The position numbers and the translations under genes are program-made. This document shows positions 9,849 to 19,782 of a stretch of 64,000 bases of DNA, one piece after another (positions within the stretch are counted from its first letter, which is position 1; every line of letters starts with the position of its first letter). The notes beneath the pieces are model-generated. The model saw only the letters and a program-made list of their open reading frames with translations. It was not told where the DNA came from and ran no database searches. Source of the DNA: Deltaproteobacteria bacterium GWA2_45_12 (lineage in GTDB: Bacteria; UBA10199); assembly GCA_001797365.1 (NCBI GenBank), contig MGPH01000063.1:37179-101178 (forward strand), in the 5' to 3' direction.

Positions 9849-11297
9849 ATGACGCGACAAATCGGCATTCTTTTTTTAACGGTGATAATGCTGTTGAAGT
9901 TGATTTTACCAGCTATCGCGGGCAAGGCCCGTTGTCCTGATTTTTCAGTATCACTCCAGGGATCCACAACGAATATGGGCGTGGTTTATACAGAACGACT
10001 CACCCTGTCCAAGGTTTCGGGTGGAAGCGGATACAATGGCAAATGGCTTGTTGAAGAATTCGAGCAGCAAATTGACTACCCATGGGAGCTAAAGCCCATG
10101 GTCCCACCTACTTCCGGCCGTATAGATATGGGGCTTGGTATGTGGATGAACAATTTTAGCCGGCAGCAAGGGCCTCGTACGCTCATGATGACTTCCACAG
10201 CGGGCAATTATCAGCTGGATGTGGTGGGCGGCAAAGTGGGGTTGATGGCCACCAACCGTTTTTCAGGAACCGTTTCAGGTGATGAGATGACTTTCAAGTT
10301 TGATCCTTCCAACCCCAATGAGCCCGTACTTAAGGGAACCATCATGCGCGGAGGTTCATCCGACATGGAAATGGCCCTTGCAATCTTAAACGACACAAAT
10401 GATGGCAAATTCGTTTACTCCACCGACACACCCGCCACCTTCAAGCTTGTGTTAGAGGCCCGGGTATCCCCTCCAGACCGTGCGGGTGATGTTGAATGGA
10501 CCCTCCCCGAAGTGCCGGGCTCGGTGCGCCTGGTGCAACCGCTTGATGCGCGGGGACCATATGTGACTGCCACGTACAAAATGCTTCCCGAAAAAAATAA
10601 TTCCTTCGGTGACAAAACTGTCACGGCCAAACTCAAAGCCGGGGCCTGCAAGGTTGAAGAGAGTAAAAATATCAAGGTCTTCTTCCCGGCAAATGCAGAG
10701 AATAACCCGGAAGGCCACGATCCCAACTGGTTTTATTATTGGAAACAAACCCCGGCAGGAAAACCCAAAGGACAAACTGTCAAACTTATCTACGGCGGAC
10801 ATCCTTATAGTTTCTGTTATTGGGAAAATGAATCCGTCACAGGTTTTTTTGATCCCAAGGCCTATTCCCACCGCACAGCCTTTATCTGCGACTTGACCCA
10901 ACTAAACTCCACCATGAGCAACCGATATCCGCTTCTCTGGCGTAAAGAACCGGGTAACCATCCTATGAGTGACGGCTTTCGCACCACCACCTTCATTGAT
11001 ACTTTTGCCACGCTGGTGTTGCACGAATTTGCACACATCGGCATGTTTGAAATTTGGAAAATGGGAAAAAGTTTAACCCAACTCCAAGCCCAAGACACCG
11101 ATAGTGACGGCGTGCCTGATGCAAGTGAACCGGATTACGGATTTGATCCGGCACAAAAACAAACCTTCTACAATTTTGGTGAATACAAAAAAATCAAGTG
11201 GGACGAAGAATGGCTGGCCTATGAAGCCATGAAAGATTTTCAACCCGGCAGCCTTGACAAATTTGACTGGGCCAAACCTGGCAAACAGTGGCCATAG
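9849..11297 (+). CDS. Secreted hypothetical protein with HExxH zinc-metalloprotease-like motif and DxDxDG motif
   Basis: Probable start ATG 9849 with signal-peptide-like MTRQIGILFLTVIMLLKLILPAIA; LVLHEFAH (11022-11036), DTDSDGVPD, later DEEWLAY. Confidence 0.7.
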   Translation: MTRQIGILFLTVIMLLKLILPAIAGKARCPDFSVSLQGSTTNMGVVYTERLTLSKVSGGSGYNGKWLVEEFEQQIDYPWELKPMVPPTSGRIDMGLGMWMNNFSRQQGPRTLMMTSTAGNYQLDVVGGKVGLMATNRFSGTVSGDEMTFKFDPSNPNEPVLKGTIMRGGSSDMEMALAILNDTNDGKFVYSTDTPATFKLVLEARVSPPDRAGDVEWTLPEVPGSVRLVQPLDARGPYVTATYKMLPEKNNSFGDKTVTAKLKAGACKVEESKNIKVFFPANAENNPEGHDPNWFYYWKQTPAGKPKGQTVKLIYGGHPYSFCYWENESVTGFFDPKAYSHRTAFICDLTQLNSTMSNRYPLLWRKEPGNHPMSDGFRTTTFIDTFATLVLHEFAHIGMFEIWKMGKSLTQLQAQDTDSDGVPDASEPDYGFDPAQKQTFYNFGEYKKIKWDEEWLAYEAMKDFQPGSLDKFDWAKPGKQWP

Positions 11298-11303
11298 GGA
11301 TCT

Positions 11304-11963
11304 ATGCCAAAAAGTAATTTATCCAAAATAACAGGAAAGATATTTTTATTTTTGTTGGCGTTGGGAATTCTTGTCCCTTCACTTAAAAAAGGATGCCTAA
11401 AAAAAGAAGACATTCCTTTCACGGCTTCTTATTCCATTTATCAGCGACAATCAGAATATGAAAATTGTCTCGGGCCTCAGGAAAAATTATTCTTTTTAGA
11501 AGCAAAACCATCGACTCCTTATTATGTTGTAAAACCAACCCCCCTTTATACCCATGGTGGCGATAAAGAAGACCGCGTGGTCATTCCATGTTCAAGTTTG
11601 GAGGCTTGTCGAAACATTGGAATGAAATCAGGAGTTACTTTGAATCTTGGAGAAACACTGGCAACAAAATCATTTCTCACAACCCACACTAAAAATCCGG
11701 CCGATTATTTATCAATCGATTTACAATATATAAAAATGGAGGGAAAAATTTTCCAAGGGGAAAATTTTGGGGAAGCCATTGACGAACGGACAAATGAAAA
11801 ACTTTGTGATCAGAGCTTGGCCCAAGGATGGTTAAATTATAAAAAAAATAATACCCTCAAATGGCGAAGAATATTTCATGTATATACCCAGCCCTGTGGC
11901 CAACGCACAACAAATGGGAGATGTGTCCTGGATTATGAAATGACCCTTTCAAAAATAGAATAA
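11304..11963 (+). CDS. Hypothetical protein with N-terminal membrane anchor
   Basis: 219 aa, hydrophobic IFLFLLALGILVP, 6 nt after the upstream stop. Confidence 0.7.
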   Translation: MPKSNLSKITGKIFLFLLALGILVPSLKKGCLKKEDIPFTASYSIYQRQSEYENCLGPQEKLFFLEAKPSTPYYVVKPTPLYTHGGDKEDRVVIPCSSLEACRNIGMKSGVTLNLGETLATKSFLTTHTKNPADYLSIDLQYIKMEGKIFQGENFGEAIDERTNEKLCDQSLAQGWLNYKKNNTLKWRRIFHVYTQPCGQRTTNGRCVLDYEMTLSKIE

Positions 11964-12086
11964 CCTGGCTCTTTATGATTTGTCGGCTCCCAGTTGGCAT
12001 CTGAACTCGGAACTCGTCAATCTCACCATACCTGAAAACCCCAGAACATGACCCTTGGATCATCGTTGGACTAAACTTGAGGTTTT

Positions 12087-12494
12087 GTGGTAGATAATTT
12101 TTTTATGCGGCCCCCTCCTCCCAAACCATTTGCCATCGCCTTTTTAGTCTGCCTTGGCCTTTTTATTGTTTGGGCCATTGTCGGCTCCATACTCGAGCCC
12201 ATCCTTACCAAACCAGACATACAGGAAAACATCAAAGGGTTTGCACTGATCATTTCCTTTGGACTGTTTTTGATAATGGCTTTTTCGGCCGTACCCGTGA
12301 TGGTCCATCTTTTTTTCAAGTATTTTCTAAAAATGCAGGAGTCGGCCGGAAATCTTGAACGTCCTTTTGTCCGTAAAATAAAGGATCATCGGGAGACCAT
12401 TGTTACAATTCTCATTTATTCCTTCTGGGCTCTCTATGCTTTGGGAATGATCATCGCCCTCCCTTTTGCCTTCCGTGATTTGATGAGCGTATAG
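12087..12494 (+). CDS. Hypothetical membrane protein (about 3 TM)
   Basis: Three hydrophobic stretches; start uncertain. Confidence 0.65.
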   Translation: MVDNFFMRPPPPKPFAIAFLVCLGLFIVWAIVGSILEPILTKPDIQENIKGFALIISFGLFLIMAFSAVPVMVHLFFKYFLKMQESAGNLERPFVRKIKDHRETIVTILIYSFWALYALGMIIALPFAFRDLMSV

Positions 12495-12505
12495 GCAAAG
12501 TGCAA

Positions 12506-14056
12506 TTAATTTTGCGCCACGGCATTTGATGTGGATGGGCCATGGCCTGAAGCCAGTCTGTTCGTGTTGGTTTCCTTTTCCACCTGCCGGTGAAAGGCCG
12601 CAACAAATTGTTTCAGTTGATAAGAACTGGTCATGTGTTTTCGGCCCAGTCTTTTTTGAATCATTCGAGCCAATAGTGGGAAACGCGTCATATCGCTGGC
12701 TATGGAATGGGCGCGATGGGGGAAAGGGCAAACTGGTTTGACAAGGCTTACAAAATAATTCTGCACCACTGTTCTGACTGCCCGGCGAAGCTGTCGTGGG
12801 GAGACCTTTGCATCTTCTAGTTTTGCAACAACCCGGCCATACACAAGCGCATGATCCATTTCTCCATTGTTAAATCCATAACGGGATAAGAATCGGTTGA
12901 TGCAAGTTTCAACATCCTTTGGGGCAGGTTTTTTACCAGACAATTCTTCATGGTTTGCCAATAATAATTCATCTATAGAAAGATCGGCATTTAAAGCGGG
13001 TTTCGAACCCGGATTATTCTCTCTTGAAACTTGAGCCAACGCCATTCTTGATTGAACCATCTCGCGAATGCCGCCAACGCTTTTAAGATAACCCGCGGAT
13101 ATTTGAGCTAAAACATATTTGATATCCTCCGGCCTATCAATAATCGGGTTTACCAGAGCTTCAATTTCTGCATCTGACAAGGAATTCCTCAAGCGTCGCC
13201 CCATTTCTGCCACAATCATGCGACGCGCAACAATTTCACATTTTTCTTGAAGACTATATTCCTTACCCCTTAATTGACGAATGGCATCAACTGCACCCGT
13301 CATGCTTTCTTCAGATGCGCCAAGCGATAAAAGTCCGTAGGGCCGAAGTTCGTCATTTAATGCATTGACCACAATACTTCGATATCTTTGATCGGGGGAC
13401 ATGGTGTTTGTGATGACGTTAATCCCCATCATCGAACTGCAATCAACGGTTTTACTCCCACCGGCGATTAAAGGATCATCGGCGGCAAATTCAACGGGGC
13501 AATTAATTAATTGTTTAGGGCCCGATGCTACCAAAGAATTGCCTGTAAAATCTTCTGAACTAACTACGGTTCGACCTTTTGCTTCCCAAGGTAATTCTAC
13601 CATAATACTTCCGGCTTCCTTGGAAACCTTGGCCCCTTCAGCTTGAGCGGGTATGTAACCTATAAGAGCAAAGAAAACATCGATGTTGGCCATTTTTTCA
13701 TGACTATTAAGCAAGGCTTGAATCACGACCGCATTGTCAACAAGGGCGGCACCTAATTTTGCCCACTCTTCGGGTGTTTTTGGCCTTTGGTTATCCATGT
13801 TCTTGTTCATGAGAAGATTGGCCTGCAAGCGTTTCAAAACATTCTCACAAAAAATCTGAATGTTCCCTTCGCTACCCAGGTACATCCAACCCGCTCTTAA
13901 TGTCTCAAGGGAAGCAATAGTCTCAACAAAGGCATCCGTGGCGCCTGTCTGGGCCATACCTGCAGGAGGGGCCAAAACTGGCAAAGAAGTTTGGTTGGCA
14001 TCGTTAATATTTTGCGACGTTCCCACTCCAGGGAATGCTGTTACATTATTCCCCAT
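12506..14056 (-). CDS. Hypothetical protein
   Basis: Long ORF; start moved to ATG 14056 (MGNNVTAF) with GGGAG SD; overlaps the stop of the upstream ORF. Confidence 0.8.
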   Translation of the reverse strand: MGNNVTAFPGVGTSQNINDANQTSLPVLAPPAGMAQTGATDAFVETIASLETLRAGWMYLGSEGNIQIFCENVLKRLQANLLMNKNMDNQRPKTPEEWAKLGAALVDNAVVIQALLNSHEKMANIDVFFALIGYIPAQAEGAKVSKEAGSIMVELPWEAKGRTVVSSEDFTGNSLVASGPKQLINCPVEFAADDPLIAGGSKTVDCSSMMGINVITNTMSPDQRYRSIVVNALNDELRPYGLLSLGASEESMTGAVDAIRQLRGKEYSLQEKCEIVARRMIVAEMGRRLRNSLSDAEIEALVNPIIDRPEDIKYVLAQISAGYLKSVGGIREMVQSRMALAQVSRENNPGSKPALNADLSIDELLLANHEELSGKKPAPKDVETCINRFLSRYGFNNGEMDHALVYGRVVAKLEDAKVSPRQLRRAVRTVVQNYFVSLVKPVCPFPHRAHSIASDMTRFPLLARMIQKRLGRKHMTSSYQLKQFVAAFHRQVEKETNTNRLASGHGPSTSNAVAQN

Positions 14057-15329
14057 TTCTACTCCCTTTCGTTTTTTGAACACGCTGAAAAAGAATGATG
14101 GTGTCAGAACCGTTTTTACCGGTAAAAGTCGAAATATTGCCCGCCCCTTTGTTCTCTAATTCAGCTAAAAGCTGACCTACTTTCCTAGAATCAACGGAGG
14201 GAATATAGATAACACCCCATCCTCCATAACAAATGGAAGTAACAAGCTTTGGACGACTTACCTTTACTACAAAAGCTTCAAGATCTCCGGGTGAGAAATA
14301 AAATTCAGCATAACGAAAGGCCCCTCCCCCCCATAGTTCGGTCAAATTCTCTATTGTTGCCGTGGTATATCCGGCAGGGACTATTCGATGAACTCGGCTT
14401 CCAGCCACTAAAATTTTAACCACGTAGCGTTTTTGTAAATCTGAAACTTCCGCATATCGAACCGTATCATCAGAGGCAACAAGCGGTGCAGGAAAACCCA
14501 TTTCTACAAATACACTCGGTCTAAAATTTTCCACTTGCACAGCTTGTAAAGGACGACCCGATGCTTTGTCTGCTTTTTTTGGAGGTTCTTTGGGTGGTCT
14601 TGCAGGTACAAATCCCTTTTTTGCAGGGCTGCGGAAAAGAATGAGAAAGCGATTATAAGTTGATGGGAACAAGGCTACCTCTTCCATCTTCCGCCCTTTC
14701 AAGTTTCTTGCCATCCGCTCTACCACAGTTCTGTCAGTTTGCAAATAAACCACACCCCATCCACCCGAGGTAACAGGTCTTATAAGAAATCGTACTAATT
14801 CACGGTCAAAATGACTCAGGTGATATTCCACATAATCATAATGTGGACGGCTTTTGCGATCATAAAGGTCTGCCTTTGTCACACAATGAGCCGCATGCGC
14901 TGTGGGATATCCCCCTATCTGAAGAATATGGCGGCCCCTTCCCGGATAAACAACATCACTTACTACAGCCGTACGATCCGTGCTTCGGACCAAAGTGGGT
15001 GGAAGTAATGAGCTTGCTGCTAGAGACTGTAACTCAGAAACCAAATGAGCCCCACCTGCCCCTCCATTTCCAACATGATCTCTCCGTCCTCTATGACTGG
15101 AAGCTCCATGCAAAATGGCAGCCTCATAACCAGGAAACCCCCCTCCTATCGCCAGATTATCACCCAGGTGAGTGGGATGAGGTCTTGCAAAAACATGGGG
15201 GGAAGCAGCATCGAATTTTCTTGTCAGTGGAAAACGATGGCATGAACGTAATCCTACAGAAACACGGGGATGGTGGGTCCCTCCAAAAAAAGGAGAATGT
15301 AGGGAACGAATGTTTGCGATAAGGGCCAT
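14046..15329 (-). CDS. Hypothetical protein with an internally duplicated domain
   Basis: 427 aa; VTSGGWGVVYL / VTSICYGGWGVIYI repeat; translationally coupled to the next gene. Confidence 0.7.
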   Translation of the reverse strand: MALIANIRSLHSPFFGGTHHPRVSVGLRSCHRFPLTRKFDAASPHVFARPHPTHLGDNLAIGGGFPGYEAAILHGASSHRGRRDHVGNGGAGGAHLVSELQSLAASSLLPPTLVRSTDRTAVVSDVVYPGRGRHILQIGGYPTAHAAHCVTKADLYDRKSRPHYDYVEYHLSHFDRELVRFLIRPVTSGGWGVVYLQTDRTVVERMARNLKGRKMEEVALFPSTYNRFLILFRSPAKKGFVPARPPKEPPKKADKASGRPLQAVQVENFRPSVFVEMGFPAPLVASDDTVRYAEVSDLQKRYVVKILVAGSRVHRIVPAGYTTATIENLTELWGGGAFRYAEFYFSPGDLEAFVVKVSRPKLVTSICYGGWGVIYIPSVDSRKVGQLLAELENKGAGNISTFTGKNGSDTIILFQRVQKTKGSRNGE

Positions 15330-15429
15330 AAATATCTCTTTATTTCCCTTTGTTTATCGCCCCAAAGAAAGCTTGGTTGCTATGATCTTTGTCACCTTAT
15401 TTTTAATAGATTTTATTTTGACGGACCCT

Positions 15430-17433
15430 TTACAATCCAACCGAATTATAAAAACTGGCTTCGCAAACTTGGACCGCAGGTGCATAGATATGACAATCCC
15501 GGTAATTCAAAACTCCATCTCCGTCGGCATCTCCATTAAGTTCCAAGCCTGTTTTTGCCTTATAAATGACATTTAATTCGTCATAAAAAAGCTCAAAACA
15601 GGAAGCTGCGGGCCTTTGTTGGCGCCTTTCTCCAATGATGCGATCGAGAGCAGCAATATGGTCCCGTTCTTCTTCATCGGTTAAAGAACTTAGGGGCAAG
15701 AAACGGGCGGCCAGATTCGGCGTTTCACAACGTCCATAAAGACTTTGAGTTGAAGGATGGATTAAAGAACGAAGGGCCAAAAGCCGTTTGTCAAACGCAA
15801 GAAAATCTCCCACTACCTCCGGTAACTGTCCTTGAACAAGGGCCAAGCGTTCTCCTTCAAGCCCAAACTCAGCCAATTTTTCGGCAGTGAGAAAAGGATC
15901 AAAATCGGTGTGAAAAACCGAATAACCTTGGGCCACATTTTGAAAGGGGAAAAATCCCTCTAGAGACCAATGTTCAGTGACAGCAATGGATTCTTTTTTC
16001 TGCAGCACACCATAGAGCCATGGGAAGTAGTAAAGATTATCCAAATGATGCAAATAATAATTGTGGCCCTCTATCTCGGCAAACCGCACGCCTGAATGTC
16101 CTCCAAAACCATGATAGTCCCCCAAAAGTTCCACGGGCAGATTCATCGAATGAAAAAGATCTTTAAGAAGGGCTGAGGCCCCCCAGCATCCATTCACGAT
16201 ATGATATTGAGCCTGTAAAGGAGCATCAGGATGAATGACCAAATCGTGGTGGGGATCACGATAAACGAGCACTTCTTTGGGTGTGGGGTGTCTATTTAAG
16301 GGAACGCGGATTCCTTGCGGATCATAAAGAGGTTCTCCTTCGGCATTTCTAGCTCTGTAAGGCCAGATGGGATGAGAAGGCCCTGTTGTATTTTGATCCG
16401 TCCCGCGAATATGTTTGATACGTTCACCGACAAACTGGGTTGTATTCAGAAGGGTTTCAAGGGCTGTGGCCCCAACAAGATTTAAATGATGGTCTTGGGC
16501 TTCACGAAGAGTTCCTTTCACAATCCGAAAAGTTTCAGTGACGTCAAGCTGGGTTCCATAATATTGTTTTTCTGGAAATCGAAACAGAAGCGCCAAACTC
16601 TCTTCGGAATACCCAAGAATGGACCATGGAAGAAGATGATTGGCCTCCACATAAAGATTCCAAGCCATTTGAGTTAGTTGGAGATATTCCCTATATTCTG
16701 GAGTGAAAACCGTATAGGGAACCCTGAACATGTCGACCCGATAGCAAGAGTTTTCACCCCCTTGAGGAGAACAATTTCCTTCAAAAGGGGGAAGCCTTTC
16801 CCCTTGGACCTCTTCATAAAAAACAAGGGTGTTGATTAATTTTCTTTTCAGAGCTTCATCCCAATCCGGAAAGGGTGTGATCCCATCTAGCTTCATCGTT
16901 GATAAAAGTTTATCACTTGTAAAAACGGGACGATATTTTTCCCGATAGAGATCGCGTTTTTCAGCCGCAACCAGGGCATCAAAATAGGGGACAGGATTTG
17001 CTGGTTCTGGATTGGCTCCTGGATTGGGATTGGGATTGAAATTAGGATTACCCCTTTGATTGGGGTTTGCTCGGGCGGGGTTACCAAGCGGTGGTCTGTG
17101 ACCTCCAAAAATGGGCGCATGTTCACAGGCATCCCCCTGACCATCCCCATTGGCATCTTCTTGGTTTGGGTTAGGAGTCTGTTGACAGTTATCAACATCA
17201 TTGGAAACAGTGTCCCCATCCAAATCATTGTCACACTCATCCCCTATACCATCCCCATCCTTATCTTTTTGGTCTGGATTGGCCACATCGAGACAATTAT
17301 CAGAAGCATTAAGGACGGTATCAACATCAAAATCATCGCCGGGGACCGGAGATGAGCCCGCACCTCCCCCCCCTCCACAATGGGCAAGAAATAAAAACAA
17401 AACCAAACTTAAATGGGAGAAAATCAACTTCAT
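15430..17433 (-). CDS. Lipoprotein with thrombospondin type-3 Ca-binding repeats and a transglutaminase-like domain
   Basis: Lipobox FLAHC; DNCLDVANPDQKDKDGDGIGDECD repeats; Asn/Pro linker; NGCWGASALL...GHSG...LDN. Confidence 0.75.
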   Translation of the reverse strand: MKLIFSHLSLVLFLFLAHCGGGGGAGSSPVPGDDFDVDTVLNASDNCLDVANPDQKDKDGDGIGDECDNDLDGDTVSNDVDNCQQTPNPNQEDANGDGQGDACEHAPIFGGHRPPLGNPARANPNQRGNPNFNPNPNPGANPEPANPVPYFDALVAAEKRDLYREKYRPVFTSDKLLSTMKLDGITPFPDWDEALKRKLINTLVFYEEVQGERLPPFEGNCSPQGGENSCYRVDMFRVPYTVFTPEYREYLQLTQMAWNLYVEANHLLPWSILGYSEESLALLFRFPEKQYYGTQLDVTETFRIVKGTLREAQDHHLNLVGATALETLLNTTQFVGERIKHIRGTDQNTTGPSHPIWPYRARNAEGEPLYDPQGIRVPLNRHPTPKEVLVYRDPHHDLVIHPDAPLQAQYHIVNGCWGASALLKDLFHSMNLPVELLGDYHGFGGHSGVRFAEIEGHNYYLHHLDNLYYFPWLYGVLQKKESIAVTEHWSLEGFFPFQNVAQGYSVFHTDFDPFLTAEKLAEFGLEGERLALVQGQLPEVVGDFLAFDKRLLALRSLIHPSTQSLYGRCETPNLAARFLPLSSLTDEEERDHIAALDRIIGERRQQRPAASCFELFYDELNVIYKAKTGLELNGDADGDGVLNYRDCHIYAPAVQVCEASFYNSVGL

Positions 17434-17674
17434 ATAGATAAAATGAAATCTGCAAAGGAAAGGCCAGTTCATAAATTCTAATTTGTTAATAAATACTTAA
17501 TTTTATTATGTTTATATGATCCTTTTTGCTGGTTTAGAAAATTAACATCCACAAACCGTCAAAAGACAAGACACTTTTATCACTTTAAACAGGTCTTTTT
17601 GACCTATTACCTGCCACCAAAGCTTAAAAATGTTCCCTCGGGGGAAACAGGAGGTATGGAAGAGATTTGAGAAG

Positions 17675-19132
17675 CTATTGATTTCCTACTGGAACTGTAA
17701 TTACCACGGGGCTCGCTTCAAAGGGAACCGTTTCACCCTTGGCTTTTACTTCTAGTTTGGCACCGACGCTAAACGTATTTGAATTTTGATCAATATTATT
17801 GGGAAGATTAAAACGTGTTGTCACAGTAATTTGTTGCCCAAATCTTAAAGCAAAACGGCATACGCCGGAATTGGCTTGAGGAACGCATTGTCCACCCTGC
17901 ATTTCAAAACGCTGATTCACCACCTGGGAAGGGGTTGTCAGGGTCAATTCCAGATCGTCATCGGTAAAATCCATGGCCGTATTGTTTTTGACAAGCGTTT
18001 GAATTGTGACAGCTTCCCCCGGAGCCCAGGCCCCATCCCCATTATTGTCCGCCGCCGATTGGGCCACTTCAAAATCATCGTGCCCATCCACTTCGATATC
18101 GGTTTTGGGTAATTCGATTTCTTTTTCATCGGGACAAAGGGCTTTGGGGGCAAAGGAAAATTGTTTATCCCCCACCGAACCATCATTGGTTAAAATTATT
18201 TCAAGGGGACAGGTGCGTATGGTGTCATGAATGGCTGTTTCAAAATTGCTGCGCCGGCAGGCATTGCGCACCTGCAATATGGCAATGACTGTTTCCAAAC
18301 TTATCTCGTGGGAATCGGGATTAAATGTCTTTTCTTTTAATTCGGCATCTACAGGCTCAATAAAAGACGGGAAATCGATATTTTTAACCCGGCATGATTC
18401 CGGATAATGCAAATCAAGGGTGATATGACTTAACCTTTTTTCACGTTCTTGGGTTGCATCAAAATTGGAAAGCTGGGCGGAGTAGTCTACTCCGATGGGA
18501 ATATTTAATTCCAAGGCACTTCCCGAAAGAGTGCCGCAGGCCTTGCCCGATTCAGTCGAGCTGACACCATCCTCATTTTTTTTGTCATCTTTTTCAGATT
18601 CATCATCCCCCTTATCATCAACAGGATCTTCAACGGGGGGATTGTTATCCACACATTTGGCATCGTTGGCACAATCGGAATCATCACAATCTTTCTTTCC
18701 ATCAGCATCGTCATCATCGCCATTATCACAATTAACTTCGCGCGGTATACCCACTTGAGCATGAGCCTGGTTTAAAAAATGAAACTTCCATTTTTCCCCC
18801 TTTAAAAAAGGGGAATGCAAGGGGGATTTTTTGAATAACGCCACTCTTGTCACATCAAGCGACAATAAATCAGCTTCAACCACTGTAATGCAATAAGTGC
18901 CATCCTTGTCATCGACATCCAACTTGAAACGGCCACTCTTATCCGTTTTTCCCTTTTTAACTTCAGCATCGTTTCTTGTAAGGGCAAATCCCATGTTGGC
19001 CAAGGCCGGCTCGTCTTGTTCGTGCTTGTTGTTGTTGTTTTGGTCAAGAAAAACCCGACCCTTCAATTCATGCCCACAGCCAGTTAACAAAAAAGAAATA
19101 AGAAAAAGAAATAAATAATGACGTTGTTTCAT
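17675..19132 (-). CDS. Lipoprotein with SdrD B-like domain, Cys/Asp-rich motif and DUF11-like C-terminal Ig domain
   Basis: Lipobox LLTGC; GRVFLDQNNN...DEPAL...TDKSGRF; EVNCDNGDDDDADGKKDCDDSDC; PGEAVTIQTLVKN. Confidence 0.7.
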   Translation of the reverse strand: MKQRHYLFLFLISFLLTGCGHELKGRVFLDQNNNNKHEQDEPALANMGFALTRNDAEVKKGKTDKSGRFKLDVDDKDGTYCITVVEADLLSLDVTRVALFKKSPLHSPFLKGEKWKFHFLNQAHAQVGIPREVNCDNGDDDDADGKKDCDDSDCANDAKCVDNNPPVEDPVDDKGDDESEKDDKKNEDGVSSTESGKACGTLSGSALELNIPIGVDYSAQLSNFDATQEREKRLSHITLDLHYPESCRVKNIDFPSFIEPVDAELKEKTFNPDSHEISLETVIAILQVRNACRRSNFETAIHDTIRTCPLEIILTNDGSVGDKQFSFAPKALCPDEKEIELPKTDIEVDGHDDFEVAQSAADNNGDGAWAPGEAVTIQTLVKNNTAMDFTDDDLELTLTTPSQVVNQRFEMQGGQCVPQANSGVCRFALRFGQQITVTTRFNLPNNIDQNSNTFSVGAKLEVKAKGETVPFEASPVVITVPVGNQ

Positions 19133-19194
19133 AGGAATTTAGGATAACAAAGGGAAAGTTGAAGATAAAGTTCTTTATACAAACCCTTAGCTCC

Positions 19195-19782
19195 TTATTT
19201 TTTGGGCTTTTTAACGGGCTTAAGAGGTTTCATGATTTGCTTAAGATCTTTTTCGTAGCCTTCCGATTTTGCAAAATGTTTCAGATATTTCAAATCGATA
19301 AATTTTTGGTTTTTAAGCCACAAGAGGCGTGCTTGTTCCAAACGAGACTTCTGCCCCCACTCAACACCGGCAATAATACGATCCATGATGATGTCTTCAA
19401 TTCGTATAACTCGTACCCGATAGCCTTCAAATTCGACAATATTAACATCTCCAATGTGACGATTACCCACTTCAATGGGCGACGGTGGAAATTCGACGAC
19501 AAAAGGGAAAAGAGGATGTTCGAAATGCCGATAAGTACTGGTTCTTTTAAAACCTATACTCCCCATCACTCTTTCAATGATTGTCGTTGTATCTCCCACC
19601 AAAATGGCATCGAGATCCTTCGTCGTATATTCTGCCTTCGTATAATATTGAACAGCAGCGCCCCCTACAACTGTAAGCAAAACATTGTCGCTATCAAAAA
19701 GTCTGGACAAATAACCTCCAAGAGCCAACTGTTGAACTTCGACCGGCATTTTTGAAATTTTGAGTAATTCCTGATCGCTCAT
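19195..19782 (-). CDS. Nucleotidyltransferase (AbiEii/DUF6036-like)
   Basis: VVGGAAVQYY...TTKDLDAIL Pol-beta-superfamily motif; overlaps the upstream HTH gene by 4 nt. Confidence 0.75.
   Translation of the reverse strand: MSDQELLKISKMPVEVQQLALGGYLSRLFDSDNVLLTVVGGAAVQYYTKAEYTTKDLDAILVGDTTTIIERVMGSIGFKRTSTYRHFEHPLFPFVVEFPPSPIEVGNRHIGDVNIVEFEGYRVRVIRIEDIIMDRIIAGVEWGQKSRLEQARLLWLKNQKFIDLKYLKHFAKSEGYEKDLKQIMKPLKPVKKPKK

Noticed and set aside
14843-15322. 159-aa plus-strand ORF and other antisense ORFs (e.g. 4608-5120, 29878-30195, 52407-52910)
   Set aside because: Shadow ORFs opposite better-supported genes.
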